Shown in pieces: positions 10,115 to 20,500 of a DNA stretch of 64,000 bases (the stretch's first letter is position 1; each line of letters opens with the position of its first letter). Source of the stretch: an uncultured Puniceicoccaceae bacterium (GTDB taxonomy: Bacteria > Verrucomicrobiota > Verrucomicrobiia > Opitutales > Oceanipulchritudinaceae); contig CAWVVV010000004.1 in the NCBI GenBank assembly GCA_963933835.1, positions 152,782 to 216,781 on the forward strand. The letters are read 5' to 3'. The translations under genes were made by a program, and so were the position numbers. Below the pieces are notes generated by a model. The model saw only the letters and a list, made by a program, of their open reading frames with translations. It had not been told where the DNA came from and searched no databases.

Positions 10115-10706
10115 TTGATTTCTTTTTGGTTTTTAATCGTTGGTTAAGGGTGTTCATCGCCTTTGCGACATCGAGACGACAGAGGAGCTCTAGACCATCG
10201 ATAATGGCGGGTATCGCCTTCTCAATGAGCTCGCTCTCTTCGCTCGAAAAGCGGCCGAGAACAAAATCTGCAAGTGGGACAGAGGGTTTTACCTCCGGAC
10301 CTACACCAATGCGGTAACGCACCACGTCACCAAAACCATGTGCAATCAAACTATGCACACCATTGTGGCCTCCAGCACCTCCGCCGACACTGAGCTTTGA
10401 ATCGCTCACTGACAGCTGATACTCATCATAGACCACACACACCTCACTTGGATTCCAGCGGTAAAAACGGCAGATGGCTCCGACGCTTCGCCCGCTCTCA
10501 TTCATAAAGGTGAGCGGCTTGACCAAGAGAATCTCTTGGCCAGCTAGTACGATCGATGTGGTATGGGCACTGAACTTGGGTTTTTCTTTCCACTCGGCTC
10601 CGGCTTTAGCGGCCAGAGCGTCGAGAATCAAAAATCCAATATTGTGGCGTGTTTTATCGTACGATCGACCTGGATTACCCAGACCGATCAAGACACGCAC
10701 CGGCAT
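10017..10706 (-). CDS. pth: Peptidyl-tRNA hydrolase (C-terminus extends into rpsF)
   Basis: GLGNPG, TRHNIGF, KPLTFMNESG, GGHNG. Confidence 0.95.
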   Translation of the reverse strand: MPVRVLIGLGNPGRSYDKTRHNIGFLILDALAAKAGAEWKEKPKFSAHTTSIVLAGQEILLVKPLTFMNESGRSVGAICRFYRWNPSEVCVVYDEYQLSVSDSKLSVGGGAGGHNGVHSLIAHGFGDVVRYRIGVGPEVKPSVPLADFVLGRFSSEESELIEKAIPAIIDGLELLCRLDVAKAMNTLNQRLKTKKKSNDSDSDAQLPHHGDSQHTGLPRPSGESREQSE

Positions 10707-10753
10707 ATTATAAAAGAACAATGCCTCTGGCTGGATCGCCAGAGGCTTAAAGG

Positions 10754-11425
10754 TTAGGTTGTCGCGGGAGTTTCAGCTTCAGCGGTTTCAGCGGTTTCAG
10801 CTGCTGCGGCGGCTTCAGCTTCTTCAGCTTCGGCTATTTCCTCATCAGTAAGACCACTCTTGCCACCGGACGAGGCAACACAGGATACGAGCACGAGCTC
10901 TTCGTCTTCCATGAATGTCACGCCATCGATTGCAGCAAGCTGACCGAGGTGAACCGAATCACCGACTTTTAAGTCAGTTACATCGACGACGATCGCTTCC
11001 GGGAGAGACTTAGGTCGGCAACGAACAGGAACTTCGTGAGCGTTGATTTCAACGACACCCTGTTCATTCTTAACACCGTAAGCGATGCCTTGAGTGATCA
11101 CAGGGATCGCTGCTTCCATGTCCTTACCGCGAACAATCTCGAGGAAGTCGACATGGAGAAAGTTATCTTTAGTGGAGTGACGCTGGGTGCCCTTGATAAT
11201 CGCGAACGTTCCCTCTTTGTCGCCATCAGCATGGAGCTCTACGAGGGACGCACGTCCACCGATTGAACGCCAAGCGTTACCAAAAGCGACGGCATCGATC
11301 TCAAGGTGGCTCACACCACTTTCGCCGTATATAACAGCTGGGATCTGTCCTGCATCGCGCAAACGCTTCACTGCACTGCTACCTAACGCACTGCGTGTCT
11401 TAACATTTAATACTACCTGTTTCAT
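10754..11425 (-). CDS. rplY: 50S ribosomal protein L25/Ctc
   Basis: RLRDAGQIPAVIYG, HVDF; long Ctc form. Confidence 0.95.
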   Translation of the reverse strand: MKQVVLNVKTRSALGSSAVKRLRDAGQIPAVIYGESGVSHLEIDAVAFGNAWRSIGGRASLVELHADGDKEGTFAIIKGTQRHSTKDNFLHVDFLEIVRGKDMEAAIPVITQGIAYGVKNEQGVVEINAHEVPVRCRPKSLPEAIVVDVTDLKVGDSVHLGQLAAIDGVTFMEDEELVLVSCVASSGGKSGLTDEEIAEAEEAEAAAAAETAETAEAETPATT

Positions 11426-11593
11426 GTCCGAAGGTCGGGGGATCCTGTTTTGAAGAAAAACGCGTAACTTGAGTTATCGAATTTGCGGTGGCAATGTAAA
11501 CTTTCAAAAAAATTGACCTGAAAGAATTCTCCAGAATTCAACTTTCCCCCTTGACTCCCCTTCCCTTCTTTTCAGCCTTCGCTGCTTCTTTAT

Positions 11594-11668
<75 letters not shown>

Positions 11669-11674
11669 ATTTTT

Positions 11675-11700
11675 AAGCCCCTCTTCTGGGGCTTTTTTTG
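11675..11700 (+). terminator. Intrinsic terminator after tRNA-Asn
   Basis: AAGCCCC-tcttct-GGGGCTT followed by a T tract. Confidence 0.8.
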
Positions 11701-11954
11701 CCTGTATTCGCTGTCTACATCCTTGAGAACCCTCAGGATCGTTTCTACATCAGTCAAACACGGGATTTGCAGGCTAGACTGAATAGCCACAACGACAGCG
11801 GCCCAAGGAGGGGTAAATATACCCGTAAGAATAGCCATGGAAGCTTGTCTGGTCTGAGGAGCATGCAAGTCGGTCCTCGGCTATGCGACGTAAGAGAGCA
11901 ACAAAGGACTAAAAGTCTTCCAAGCGTATTTGCAGCGAATTGCTCGCTCAGTAG
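11698..11954 (+). pseudogene. Small GIY-YIG nuclease, frameshifted and with a nonsense codon
   Basis: AVYILENPQDRFYISQTRDLQARLNSHN..KYTRK; shift near 11830 to PWKLVWSEEHASRSSAMRR; TAA at 11910-11912; frame ends at TAG 11952-11954. Confidence 0.85.
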
Positions 11955-12044
11955 CTCAGCGGTAGAGTCCCGCCCTGCGGGATTAATCTCTTGGTCTGCC
12001 GAAGGTCCCGATTCATCGGGAGTCGATCCCAGCCTGAGCAGCCA
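11946..12044 (+). repeat. Degenerate second copy of tRNA-Asn carrying two substituted hairpins
   Basis: Blocks identical to 11595-11668 (GCTCAGTAGCTCAGCGGTAGAG, TTAATCTCTTGGTC, TCGATCCCAGCCTGAGCAGCCA) separated by TCCCGC-cct-GCGGGA and a segment containing TCCCGAT-tc-ATCGGGA. Confidence 0.9.
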
Positions 12045-12148
12045 ATCTACAAGACATTGGCACTTAATTGAATCCCCTGAAAGATTCTATGCAGGCCCCC
12101 AATAAAGTTGCTTGGGGCGGACGCGCAGAAACGATTGAGTAAGCTCCC

Positions 12149-12337
12149 ATGATGGAACCACTCTCGATCACTTGTCCCTATTGCTGGCAACGCATTGACA
12201 TCGAAGAGCCGGCAAAAGCGGAGACGACGGTCGAATTCGTCACCGATTGTGAGGTTTGCTGCCGTCCCATCCTTGTCACGGCCGAATGGGAGCCGGATGA
12301 GGACACCCCCTATCTCACCGTCGAGCCCGAATCCTGA
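12149..12337 (+). CDS. CPXCG-type cysteine-rich small protein
   Basis: CPYCW...DCEVCCRPI pattern. Confidence 0.85.
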   Translation: MMEPLSITCPYCWQRIDIEEPAKAETTVEFVTDCEVCCRPILVTAEWEPDEDTPYLTVEPES

Positions 12338-13311
12338 GCCGGTTCGTAGTCCGGAAGCTCAAAGGCAGGATCGACGACTTCATTGATCAGATCCCAAAGC
12401 CGCCTCCAGTCCTCCGTAGCGGTATCAAGGGCACCCTCTTCGTTCCCATAAAACGCTGCCACGGCGCCGTCTTCAACGCTGTAGAGAAACGTCGTCAGCT
12501 CAATTGATTCATCGTCACGATAGGCACGTTGCATGCGCACGCTATGCCTCTTATGGTCGTCAACGAAAACGATCGCCTCGTATTCACCAGTGCGCCCCAA
12601 GCGTTCGAGGAGGAGTCGGAGCATCAGCCCTTTGTCCTGCCCAGCCGTCATGAAGACACCTTCGCTGTAGCTAGCGAGACGTGGGCTCCTTGGACTACCA
12701 TCTTCGTTTTTCAACCAGTGATCCACTTCGTCGGCGCTCAAACCTGCCTGCTCGTCGGGTGTTTCTCCAAACGGCAAGAAGGGGCCGATGAAACCGATCG
12801 CTTTCTCTGGATGAGGCTTCGGTGCACTCTCGTTAAAGTCGTAGCCATTGTTTGCGAGTTCCCGGCGTGTAGAATCGCGAAAGATATGGTCGCGAGAAGT
12901 CAGCATTAGGGCAGGAAATCCCTTCGCTTGAAGTTCGCGCACTCGATCAGGTTGTTCCTCGAAAGTTGGACGCATACTGGATGCGGCGTAGAGCAGCCCT
13001 TGGATATCGACGAGTGCTCCAAGGTCGCCCAAGCGATACGGGTCACCTTCCTCTAAGCCATACTGCCAGCCAAACCACTGATCGCTCCCCAGTCCGCGAC
13101 GCATCGCAAGGAGTGTGTTATCAATGTCAAAGACGAGGAGGACCTTCTCCGGCCCGTATTTCTCCCCAAGTCGCATTGCCTCGGCTTGAACCTCTTCAAA
13201 ATCCCACGTCTCCAAAGCCGTCTTCGGATGGCTATCAAGGCCACATCCGGTCGTTAAAAGGCAGAGCCCGACAAGTCGGCCCAGATTCGTTAAACAGAGG
13301 GCAGTTTGCAT
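12310..13311 (-). CDS. DUF2608-like HAD-fold lipoprotein
   Basis: Lipobox TTGC; LVFDIDNTLL, LTSR, IVFVDD HAD motifs. Confidence 0.7.
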   Translation of the reverse strand: MQTALCLTNLGRLVGLCLLTTGCGLDSHPKTALETWDFEEVQAEAMRLGEKYGPEKVLLVFDIDNTLLAMRRGLGSDQWFGWQYGLEEGDPYRLGDLGALVDIQGLLYAASSMRPTFEEQPDRVRELQAKGFPALMLTSRDHIFRDSTRRELANNGYDFNESAPKPHPEKAIGFIGPFLPFGETPDEQAGLSADEVDHWLKNEDGSPRSPRLASYSEGVFMTAGQDKGLMLRLLLERLGRTGEYEAIVFVDDHKRHSVRMQRAYRDDESIELTTFLYSVEDGAVAAFYGNEEGALDTATEDWRRLWDLINEVVDPAFELPDYEPAQDSGSTVR

Positions 13312-13572
13312 ACCCTTTTCAAACGGCGTTTTCTAGTAGCGGCAAGCCTCGGCGTGCTTTCCGTTCATCGAAGTGTCCGGTTCATCTTCACGAGGCTTAT
13401 TCTCAACGAGAGTACGAATCGTATCCGCCATGTCACCCAGGACGACTCTCATTGGAGCCTGCCGACCACCCGCATCCTCCATCAACTCTTCTAAACTCAT
13501 CTCATACAAGACCGGCGGCTCAAGAGCACGAATGGTTGTGAAATGCGATGTGCCATGCAGCGTCCCGAGTAA

Positions 13573-13836
13573 CCCGACGATGGCGAAGGCAACTACACCA
13601 CCGGCGTCACCCTACAACGGGGCCACATCCAGACCTCCATCGGAACCTTTACGGCCGATGCAGTTACCCAGACTTTCAACTTTCGATCACTCAACGGAGC
13701 TTCTGGAAATAATGATCCCGGACTTTCCGGCATCGTCATTCTCGATGTCACGCCCGCCGTTCCGGAGCCTTCAATGTTTTCGCTCCTCGTCGCAGGTCTT
13801 GTTTTCGGTGGCAGCCTAAGACGCCGGAGACGCTAA
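13573..13836 (+). pseudogene. C-terminal remnant of a PEP-CTERM protein
   Basis: Not in the ORF track. ..GTFTADAVTQTF..VPEPSMFSLLVAGLVFGGSLRRRRR*; in-frame TAA upstream at 13570-13572; no start codon. Confidence 0.8.
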
Positions 13837-13844
13837 GGGGCTCC

Positions 13845-14294
13845 CTACCCGAGCTCCGCTCGCACGAGCTTGCTCACGAGACCGAAGTCGATCAGTCCGG
13901 CATCCGGATGTTGTTTGAGGATGCCCATGACTTTGCCCATCTCTTTCATTGAGGCCGCACCGCTCTCGGCTACTGCACTCTTTACCAGCGCTTCAACTTG
14001 AGCTGGGTCCATCTGCGCTGGCAGATAGATCTCTAGCCAGGCGATCTCGGTGTTGTTTTTCACCACCAGATCATCGCGGCCACCTTTGGCAAACTGCTCA
14101 TTCGCGCCCTGCATATCCTTCACCGCCTTGCGGATGATCGAGACCACGAGCGCGTCATCGATCTCAGTGTTCTTATCGATTGCTACGCGTTGAATCCCGC
14201 CATCAAGGGTGCGAAGAGCGAGCGCGAGATCAGATTCACGAGCCTTCACTGCAGTGATGATATCGGCACGAAGTTTTGCGTAGAGTTCGGACAT
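13845..14294 (-). CDS. GatB/YqeY domain protein
   Basis: FAKGGRDDL..E..YLPAQM..MKEMGKVMG. Confidence 0.92.
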   Translation of the reverse strand: MSELYAKLRADIITAVKARESDLALALRTLDGGIQRVAIDKNTEIDDALVVSIIRKAVKDMQGANEQFAKGGRDDLVVKNNTEIAWLEIYLPAQMDPAQVEALVKSAVAESGAASMKEMGKVMGILKQHPDAGLIDFGLVSKLVRAELG

Positions 14295-14506
14295 AAGCGG
14301 AGGAATCTATCGACCCACTCTCCCCTGTCGACTTGATATCAAATTAGAGCAACCAGCCGTGGACATGACAGTTTTGTCATAAAGCGGGCGTGTTCTTGCC
14401 ATCGCGTGTGGAGTTTGGTCTTTTCGGCTCACTGTAATTTGCCGGGCCTCGCAAGCGGACCTCCTTAGGTTAGCAGTCAGCGCCCAACTTGAATTCATCG
14501 TAGATC

Positions 14507-16786
14507 ATGTACCAAGAAGAAATAGAAACGAAGCGCCACGAAGGCATGCCTATGATCCAAGCTTGGACAGTCTTGGTTATGATCTCAATGGCCCAGCTGT
14601 CATCGTTCGCGGCGGATGGTGTCCTCGAGATACTACCAGATGACGGTGCAGTCTCATTGCAGGTTCTGGGCGACAAGGACGATGCATGGATTTTTGAATC
14701 CTCCACGGACTTAGAGAATTGGACACAGTTTACGGATTTCCACAGTGTCTACTCCGACCACGCTCCCGTTGCTTTGGCGGATCCTGAAGAGCTGTCCTTT
14801 TATCGCGCCAGATCGATCCCAAGGTTTTATGATCCACTACATATTCGAACGATCGAGTTAACCTTCGAAGAATCAAACTGGCTTTCTATTCTTCAGGCGA
14901 ACTATACCGACGCCTCGATCTTAGTCGGAGACCTGACCGTGGATGGATTCGTCTTCGCCGACGTTGGAATCAGATACAAAGGGAATACCTCTTACACGCG
15001 GAGCGGGGAAAAGAAATCAATCGCGATCGAATCCGATTACACTGATATCAACCTCGAGGTCATGGGCTATGACGATTTCAATTTTAATAACGCCTTCGGA
15101 GACGAAACAATCCTGCGGGAAGCGCTCTATTTCAACTCGATCAAAGAGTATGCCATCACCCCGAATGCGGGCTTTATCAAGATTCTGATCAACGGAGAGA
15201 ATTGGGGCCTCTATTCGAATGCGCAGCAACAGTACGGCCCCCTCATCCGAGAGTGGTTCAAGAGCAATGACGGTGATCGCTGGAAGTCTCCCAGTGGGAC
15301 GGGGGCTGGCGGTGGAACGACCGGCGGTGGTGGCGGTGGGTTCGCCACCGGGGATAAGGCCCTGCTCTATCTCGGAGATGATTCAGCGGACTACGAGGCA
15401 CTATATGAGCTCAAATCACAGAACTCTCTCGACCCTTGGGCGCACTTGATTGCGGCCTCAAAGCATCTAGATGAAACCGATACGGCCGGAGCCAATTATC
15501 GTGAAGCCATGGACACGGTCTTAGCGGTCGACCGCTGGCTCTGGTTCCTCGCGGCGGAGAACATCTTTACCGACGACGATAGCTACTGGCACAAGGGGGC
15601 GGATTATCAAATCTACTACGAACCCGACTCCGGTCAGATCCATCCCATCGAGCACGACGGCAATGAAGCGTTCACCGTCAGCCTACACGACCTTGATCCG
15701 ATGTATTATGAGGATAATGCGAACCGGCCGATCATTTCTAAATTCCTCGCTAACCCGGAACTGCGCCAGCGCTACCTCGCACATTTTCGGACGATTCTCA
15801 GCGAGCGTTTCAACCCTACCTACCTGAATGCACTGATCGATCTCTACCGCGGCGTCATCGTCAATGAAGTGGCACTCGATCCGAAAATTACTTACACGGT
15901 CGAAGACTTCGAAACCGATATCATAGAACTGAAAGGGCATATCCAGAGCCGCTACGACTATCTCATAGCGCATGCGGAAGTCGCTCAAGTCGGGCCAACT
16001 ATATGGAGTGTTTCGCAACCCGTCCCTCCCGTGCCCGGAGACTCGGCTAATATCACTTCAACCGTATCCCAAAACGGAACAGACGTGGTCAACGCCGTCT
16101 ATCTCTATTACCGGCAAGGGTCATCGGGAGCGTATACCGATGTTGAGATGCTCGATGACGGATTGCACGCAGATGGAGCAGCAGGAGATGGTGTTTTCGG
16201 AGAAAGTATCCCCGGCTTTCTTGCCGGCCAAAAAGTCCGCTACTACCTCGAGGCGATATCGGGCAACGCCTCTGCTACCGCTGTCTACAATCCTCACCGC
16301 GCAGAATTGGATCCCTACATTTATGAGGTAACAACCGAACTCGCCGGCTCCACTTCGATCGTCATCAACGAATTCATGGCCTCCAATGACAGCGCGTTCG
16401 CCGACCCCCAAGGTGAATTCGACGACTGGATTGAACTGCGCAACCTGACGAACTCAGTCGTCGATCTCTCCGGCCTCTTTCTCAGCGACAATGCAGGCAA
16501 TCCACGAAAATGGGAATTTCCAGCAGGGACCACAATCGCTGCATCTGGATACCTGATTGTTTGGGCAGACGAAGATGGCAGCGCTACCCCAGGCCTGCAC
16601 GCCAACTTCAAGTTGTCGGCCAGTGGTGAGGAGATCCTCCTCGTGGATACAGATTTAAATCTAAATGCAGTCCTCGATTTCGTAGTCTACGATAGCGCAC
16701 AGACAGATGTATCCATCGGCCGAACGGACAAAAACCCGGAACCCTTTATCTCGATGTCACCGACCCCCGGATTCGCCAACGAGTAA
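14507..16786 (+). CDS. Secreted CotH-family kinase with a C-terminal lamin-tail domain
   Basis: VGIRYKGNTS..KKS, INGENWGLY, DDGLHADGAAGDG, VINEFMASN..DWIEL; true start probably near 14547. Confidence 0.85.
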   Translation: MYQEEIETKRHEGMPMIQAWTVLVMISMAQLSSFAADGVLEILPDDGAVSLQVLGDKDDAWIFESSTDLENWTQFTDFHSVYSDHAPVALADPEELSFYRARSIPRFYDPLHIRTIELTFEESNWLSILQANYTDASILVGDLTVDGFVFADVGIRYKGNTSYTRSGEKKSIAIESDYTDINLEVMGYDDFNFNNAFGDETILREALYFNSIKEYAITPNAGFIKILINGENWGLYSNAQQQYGPLIREWFKSNDGDRWKSPSGTGAGGGTTGGGGGGFATGDKALLYLGDDSADYEALYELKSQNSLDPWAHLIAASKHLDETDTAGANYREAMDTVLAVDRWLWFLAAENIFTDDDSYWHKGADYQIYYEPDSGQIHPIEHDGNEAFTVSLHDLDPMYYEDNANRPIISKFLANPELRQRYLAHFRTILSERFNPTYLNALIDLYRGVIVNEVALDPKITYTVEDFETDIIELKGHIQSRYDYLIAHAEVAQVGPTIWSVSQPVPPVPGDSANITSTVSQNGTDVVNAVYLYYRQGSSGAYTDVEMLDDGLHADGAAGDGVFGESIPGFLAGQKVRYYLEAISGNASATAVYNPHRAELDPYIYEVTTELAGSTSIVINEFMASNDSAFADPQGEFDDWIELRNLTNSVVDLSGLFLSDNAGNPRKWEFPAGTTIAASGYLIVWADEDGSATPGLHANFKLSASGEEILLVDTDLNLNAVLDFVVYDSAQTDVSIGRTDKNPEPFISMSPTPGFANE

Positions 16787-16805
16787 GGCAGAATACAACG
16801 TGTGA

Positions 16806-17048
16806 TTAGAGCAGCGCTTCCTTTTCAGCCTTGGAGAGCTGCTTGATTCGCCACTCCTCTTTGCAGGCTTCTGAGCGCGTCCCGATCACTTGGGTATAGA
16901 CCAGCACCAGCGGCCCACGCCCGCGGACATATTTCGCCGCCTTCGGCCCACCCGACTGATGCTCCTCCAGCCGACGCTCAACATCCATCGCCACGCCCGT
17001 GTAGAGCGTGCCATCCGCACATCGTAAAATATAAACCCTCCACTTCAT
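16806..17048 (-). CDS. Small GIY-YIG nuclease (UPF0213/YhbQ-like)
   Basis: VYILRCADGTLYTG..RRLEEH..AKYVRGRGP..E..IKQL. Confidence 0.92.
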   Translation of the reverse strand: MKWRVYILRCADGTLYTGVAMDVERRLEEHQSGGPKAAKYVRGRGPLVLVYTQVIGTRSEACKEEWRIKQLSKAEKEALL

Positions 17049-17059
17049 TTAAACCAAAT

Positions 17060-17555
17060 ATCTCACCACAGAGACGCATTCGACAGGCTCATGCCATGAC
17101 AGTGAAAAAGACTTTAACTAAAAGAGTAACCACAAAAAGCACAGAAGCCCCCAAAAGCTCATTGCTCAGAATTGTTCACCACAGAGGAAAGAGAGTTACT
17201 GTAAGGTTTAACCACTGATATCCACTGATGACCACTGATCTGATCAACTGTTTCTAGATAGTAAACTCATTCGTGGAAAAAACTTACAGAGCAACAAGCA
17301 TCCGGGGTTATCAGTGTCCATCTGTGGTTTATTTCAGATCTTAAGTTCTGTGTCTTCTGTGGTTAAACTAAACAGAACCTAAGTATCCAGAGAGCCTACG
17401 CTCCGTGCTCTCTGTGGTTAAATAAACCAGAGCAACAAGTATTCGCAATATTTGCGTCCATTCGCGGTAAACCTTCCAGAGCCTAAGTCTTGTGCCTTCC
17501 CTGGCATGAGCCTGTCGAATGAGTGGTTAAACCTTACGGAGCCTAAGCATCCGTG
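17060..17555. repeat. Modular inverted-repeat element A
   Basis: Left CCAC modules (e.g. CCACTGAT x3); right GTGG modules with ACAGAGC(C/A)..AAG linkers; perfect 20-nt IR at 17077-17096 / 17502-17521. Confidence 0.85.
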
Positions 17556-17575
17556 GTCACTGTATTTAAGTCTTA

Positions 17576-20500
17576 CTACCTCAATCGGACGAGGAGGTCT
17601 TTGCTGTCGACTTGGTCGCCTGGGGCGACTTCGATCAAGTCGACAACGCCGGCTTCGAGGGCGTAAACGGTGGTCTGCATCTTCATTGCTTCGAGGACAG
17701 CGAGCTTTTCATTCTTCTTCACTTGATGCCCTACGGTGACGAAGACACTGCTTACCATCGCGGGGATGGGTGCGCCGACTTCTAAGCGATTGGCTGGATC
17801 GGCTTTCGCGCGGCGCTTAGATTCACTTTTGATCGAGCGGTCTAAGATGACGCATTCGCGTGCCAGACCATTGAGTTCAAAGGTCAAGCTGCGTTCACCA
17901 TCCTCATTTGGCTCGCTGACATAAATGAGTTTTACGATGAGCGTTTTGCCTCGCTGGATTTCAACAGAGATCTCTTCACCTGGTTTAAGACCATAGAAAA
18001 AGGCTGGCGTTGGCAGGATGCGTGCGGCCCCGAATTTATTCACGAAGTTTACCAGATCCTCAAAGACTTTTGGATACATTAAATAGCTGTAGAGGTCGTC
18101 ATCATTCATCTCTCGCTTGAACTTCTTTTCGAGCGTTGCTCTCGTCTCTACGAGGTCGACTTTTTCGGCGCGTGTGCCTGGTCGTCCCTTGAAGGGTTTG
18201 CGGTCACCCAGGACTACTTTCTGAACGGGTTTCGGCCAACCACCTTTCGGCTGTCCGAGTCCACCGGATAGCATATCGACGACGGATTCTGGGAAGGCAG
18301 TGCCTGGTTCCAAATTGACGAGGTCAGAGGGCTCAACCCCTTTGGTGAGGAGGAACATCGAGAGGTCTCCGACCACTTTACTACTTGGGGTCACCTTAAC
18401 GATATCCCCGAGAAGAACATTCACTTCATGGTAATAGCGAACCACTTCCGGCCAGCGGGCACCGAGCCCGAGTGAACGGGCCTGCTCGCGCAGGTTGGTG
18501 TATTGCCCGCCCGGCATTTCATGGGTGTAGACTTCGGCCGAACCGAATTTCGGAGAGGTGTCAAAAGGACCGTAGTATTGGCGAACGGCTTCCCAGTAAA
18601 TCGAGAGTTCATTAAAGAACTTAAGGTCCAGCTGCGTATCGCGCTTATCTGCTTTGAGCGCATTCACGACCGAATTAAGATTTGGCTGTGAGGTGAGCCC
18701 TGACATGGAGGAAATGGCCAGGTCAACAACATCAACTCCGGCCTCGGCCGCCTTGATCACTGAGGCGCCTGCGATCCCAGATGAATCATGGGTGTGGAAA
18801 TGGATCGGAATCCCGATTTCGCTCCGCAATGCTTTGATCAATTTGTAAGCAGCATGAGGGGTGCACAGCCCCGACATATCTTTGAGGGCGAGAACGTGAG
18901 CGCCCATTTTTTCGAGTTCTTTCGCGAGCTCGAGGTAATACTTCAGGGTGTATTTATCACGGGTTTCATCGAGGATGTCTCCAGTGTAGCAGATCGTCGC
19001 TTCACAGACCGATTGCGTATCCTCGCGTATTGACTGCATCGCTACACGTAGGTTCGGCAGATAGTTGAGCGAATCAAAGACGCGAAAAATATCCATCCCG
19101 CTCTCCGCGGAGTGCTTGATGAAACCCCGAATCACATTGTCCGGATAGTTGGAGTAACCCACCCCGTTTGCGCCGCGTAGGAGCATCTGAAAACAGACGT
19201 TCGGAATCAGTTCCCGCAATCGACGCAGGCGCTTGAAGGGATTCTCGTGGAGGAAGCGCATCGTGGTGTCGAAAGTCGCCCCACCCCAGCACTCGACACT
19301 GTAGAGGTTGTGTCCACGCTGCGCGATCGACTCTGCCACCTTGAGCTGATCAAAACTCCGCATCCGCGCCGCGAGCAGAGACTGGTGGGCGTCGCGCATC
19401 GTCGTATCAGTGACCAGTAAGCGTGACTGTTTGCGGGTCCACTGAGCGAACTTCTCGGGACCGTTTTTCGTCAAATAATCTTTTGTGCCGGCGGGGACTT
19501 TTGCCTCTCGGTCGAATTCTGGAACGATGATCGGCAGGTCCATGATCGGCTCAGGGCGCCCCTTGACCTGCGGGTTTCCATTCACGATCGTCTCACCGAG
19601 GAGATTGAGAACTTTGGTTGCTCGGTCACGACGGGGTTTGAAGCTCAAGAGCCCTTTCGTCGTATCGATCAAGGTCGTGGTTGCATTACCGGAATTGAAA
19701 ATTGGATGCGCTATGACATTTTCGATGAATGGAATGTTCGTCTTCACTCCGCGAATACGCATTTCACGCAGGGCGCGATCCATCCGCTGGATAGCGAGCT
19801 CGAAGCTACCCGCTGACGCGGTTAACTTAACGAGGAGGGAATCGTAGAAGGGAGTGATGACCGAGCCAGTGTCCCCCATGGCGCCATCCAAGCGGATTCC
19901 AAAGCCAGCTGCGCTTCGATAACTGACGATCTTTCCATAGTCCGGGGCAAAGTTCTTTTCCGGATCCTCGGTCGTGATACGCGCCTGGATCGCGTATCCA
20001 TTTCGGGGAATCTTCGACTGTTTCGGGATGTTGATTTCCTTGCCGTGTAGGCTGTGCCCTTGAGCGATCAGGAGCTGGCTTCTCACGATATCGATCCCCG
20101 TAATGACTTCTGTCACGGTATGCTCAACTTGGATACGTGGGTTCATCTCGATGAAGAACCATTCATGGGTATCGAGGTCTAAGAGAAACTCGACCGTGCC
20201 GGCATTGTAATACCCGATTGATTTTGCGATCTTTACCGCTGCCTCGCAGAGGGATGCACGGAGGTCATCGGGTAGGCCGACTGAAGGAGCGATCTCGATG
20301 ACCTTCTGGTGCCGGCGCTGAACCGAACAGTCGCGCTCATGCAGGTGGATGACGTTGCCCTTTTTATCACCCAGGATCTGCACCTCAATGTGCTTCGCCC
20401 GCTCAACGTAGCGTTCGAGGAAGACAGCGGAGTTTCCAAAAGCACGTTGCGCTTCCCCTTGGGCCTCTTCGAGGAACGGCTTGAGGTCCTTTGGATCTTT

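Noticed and set aside
11946..12044. Functional second tRNA-Asn or prophage attR
   Set aside because: The anticodon and T stems are destroyed, and there are no integrase or phage genes between the copies.
15295..15345. GGC/GGT-rich repeat
   Set aside because: Encodes a glycine-rich linker inside the CotH protein.
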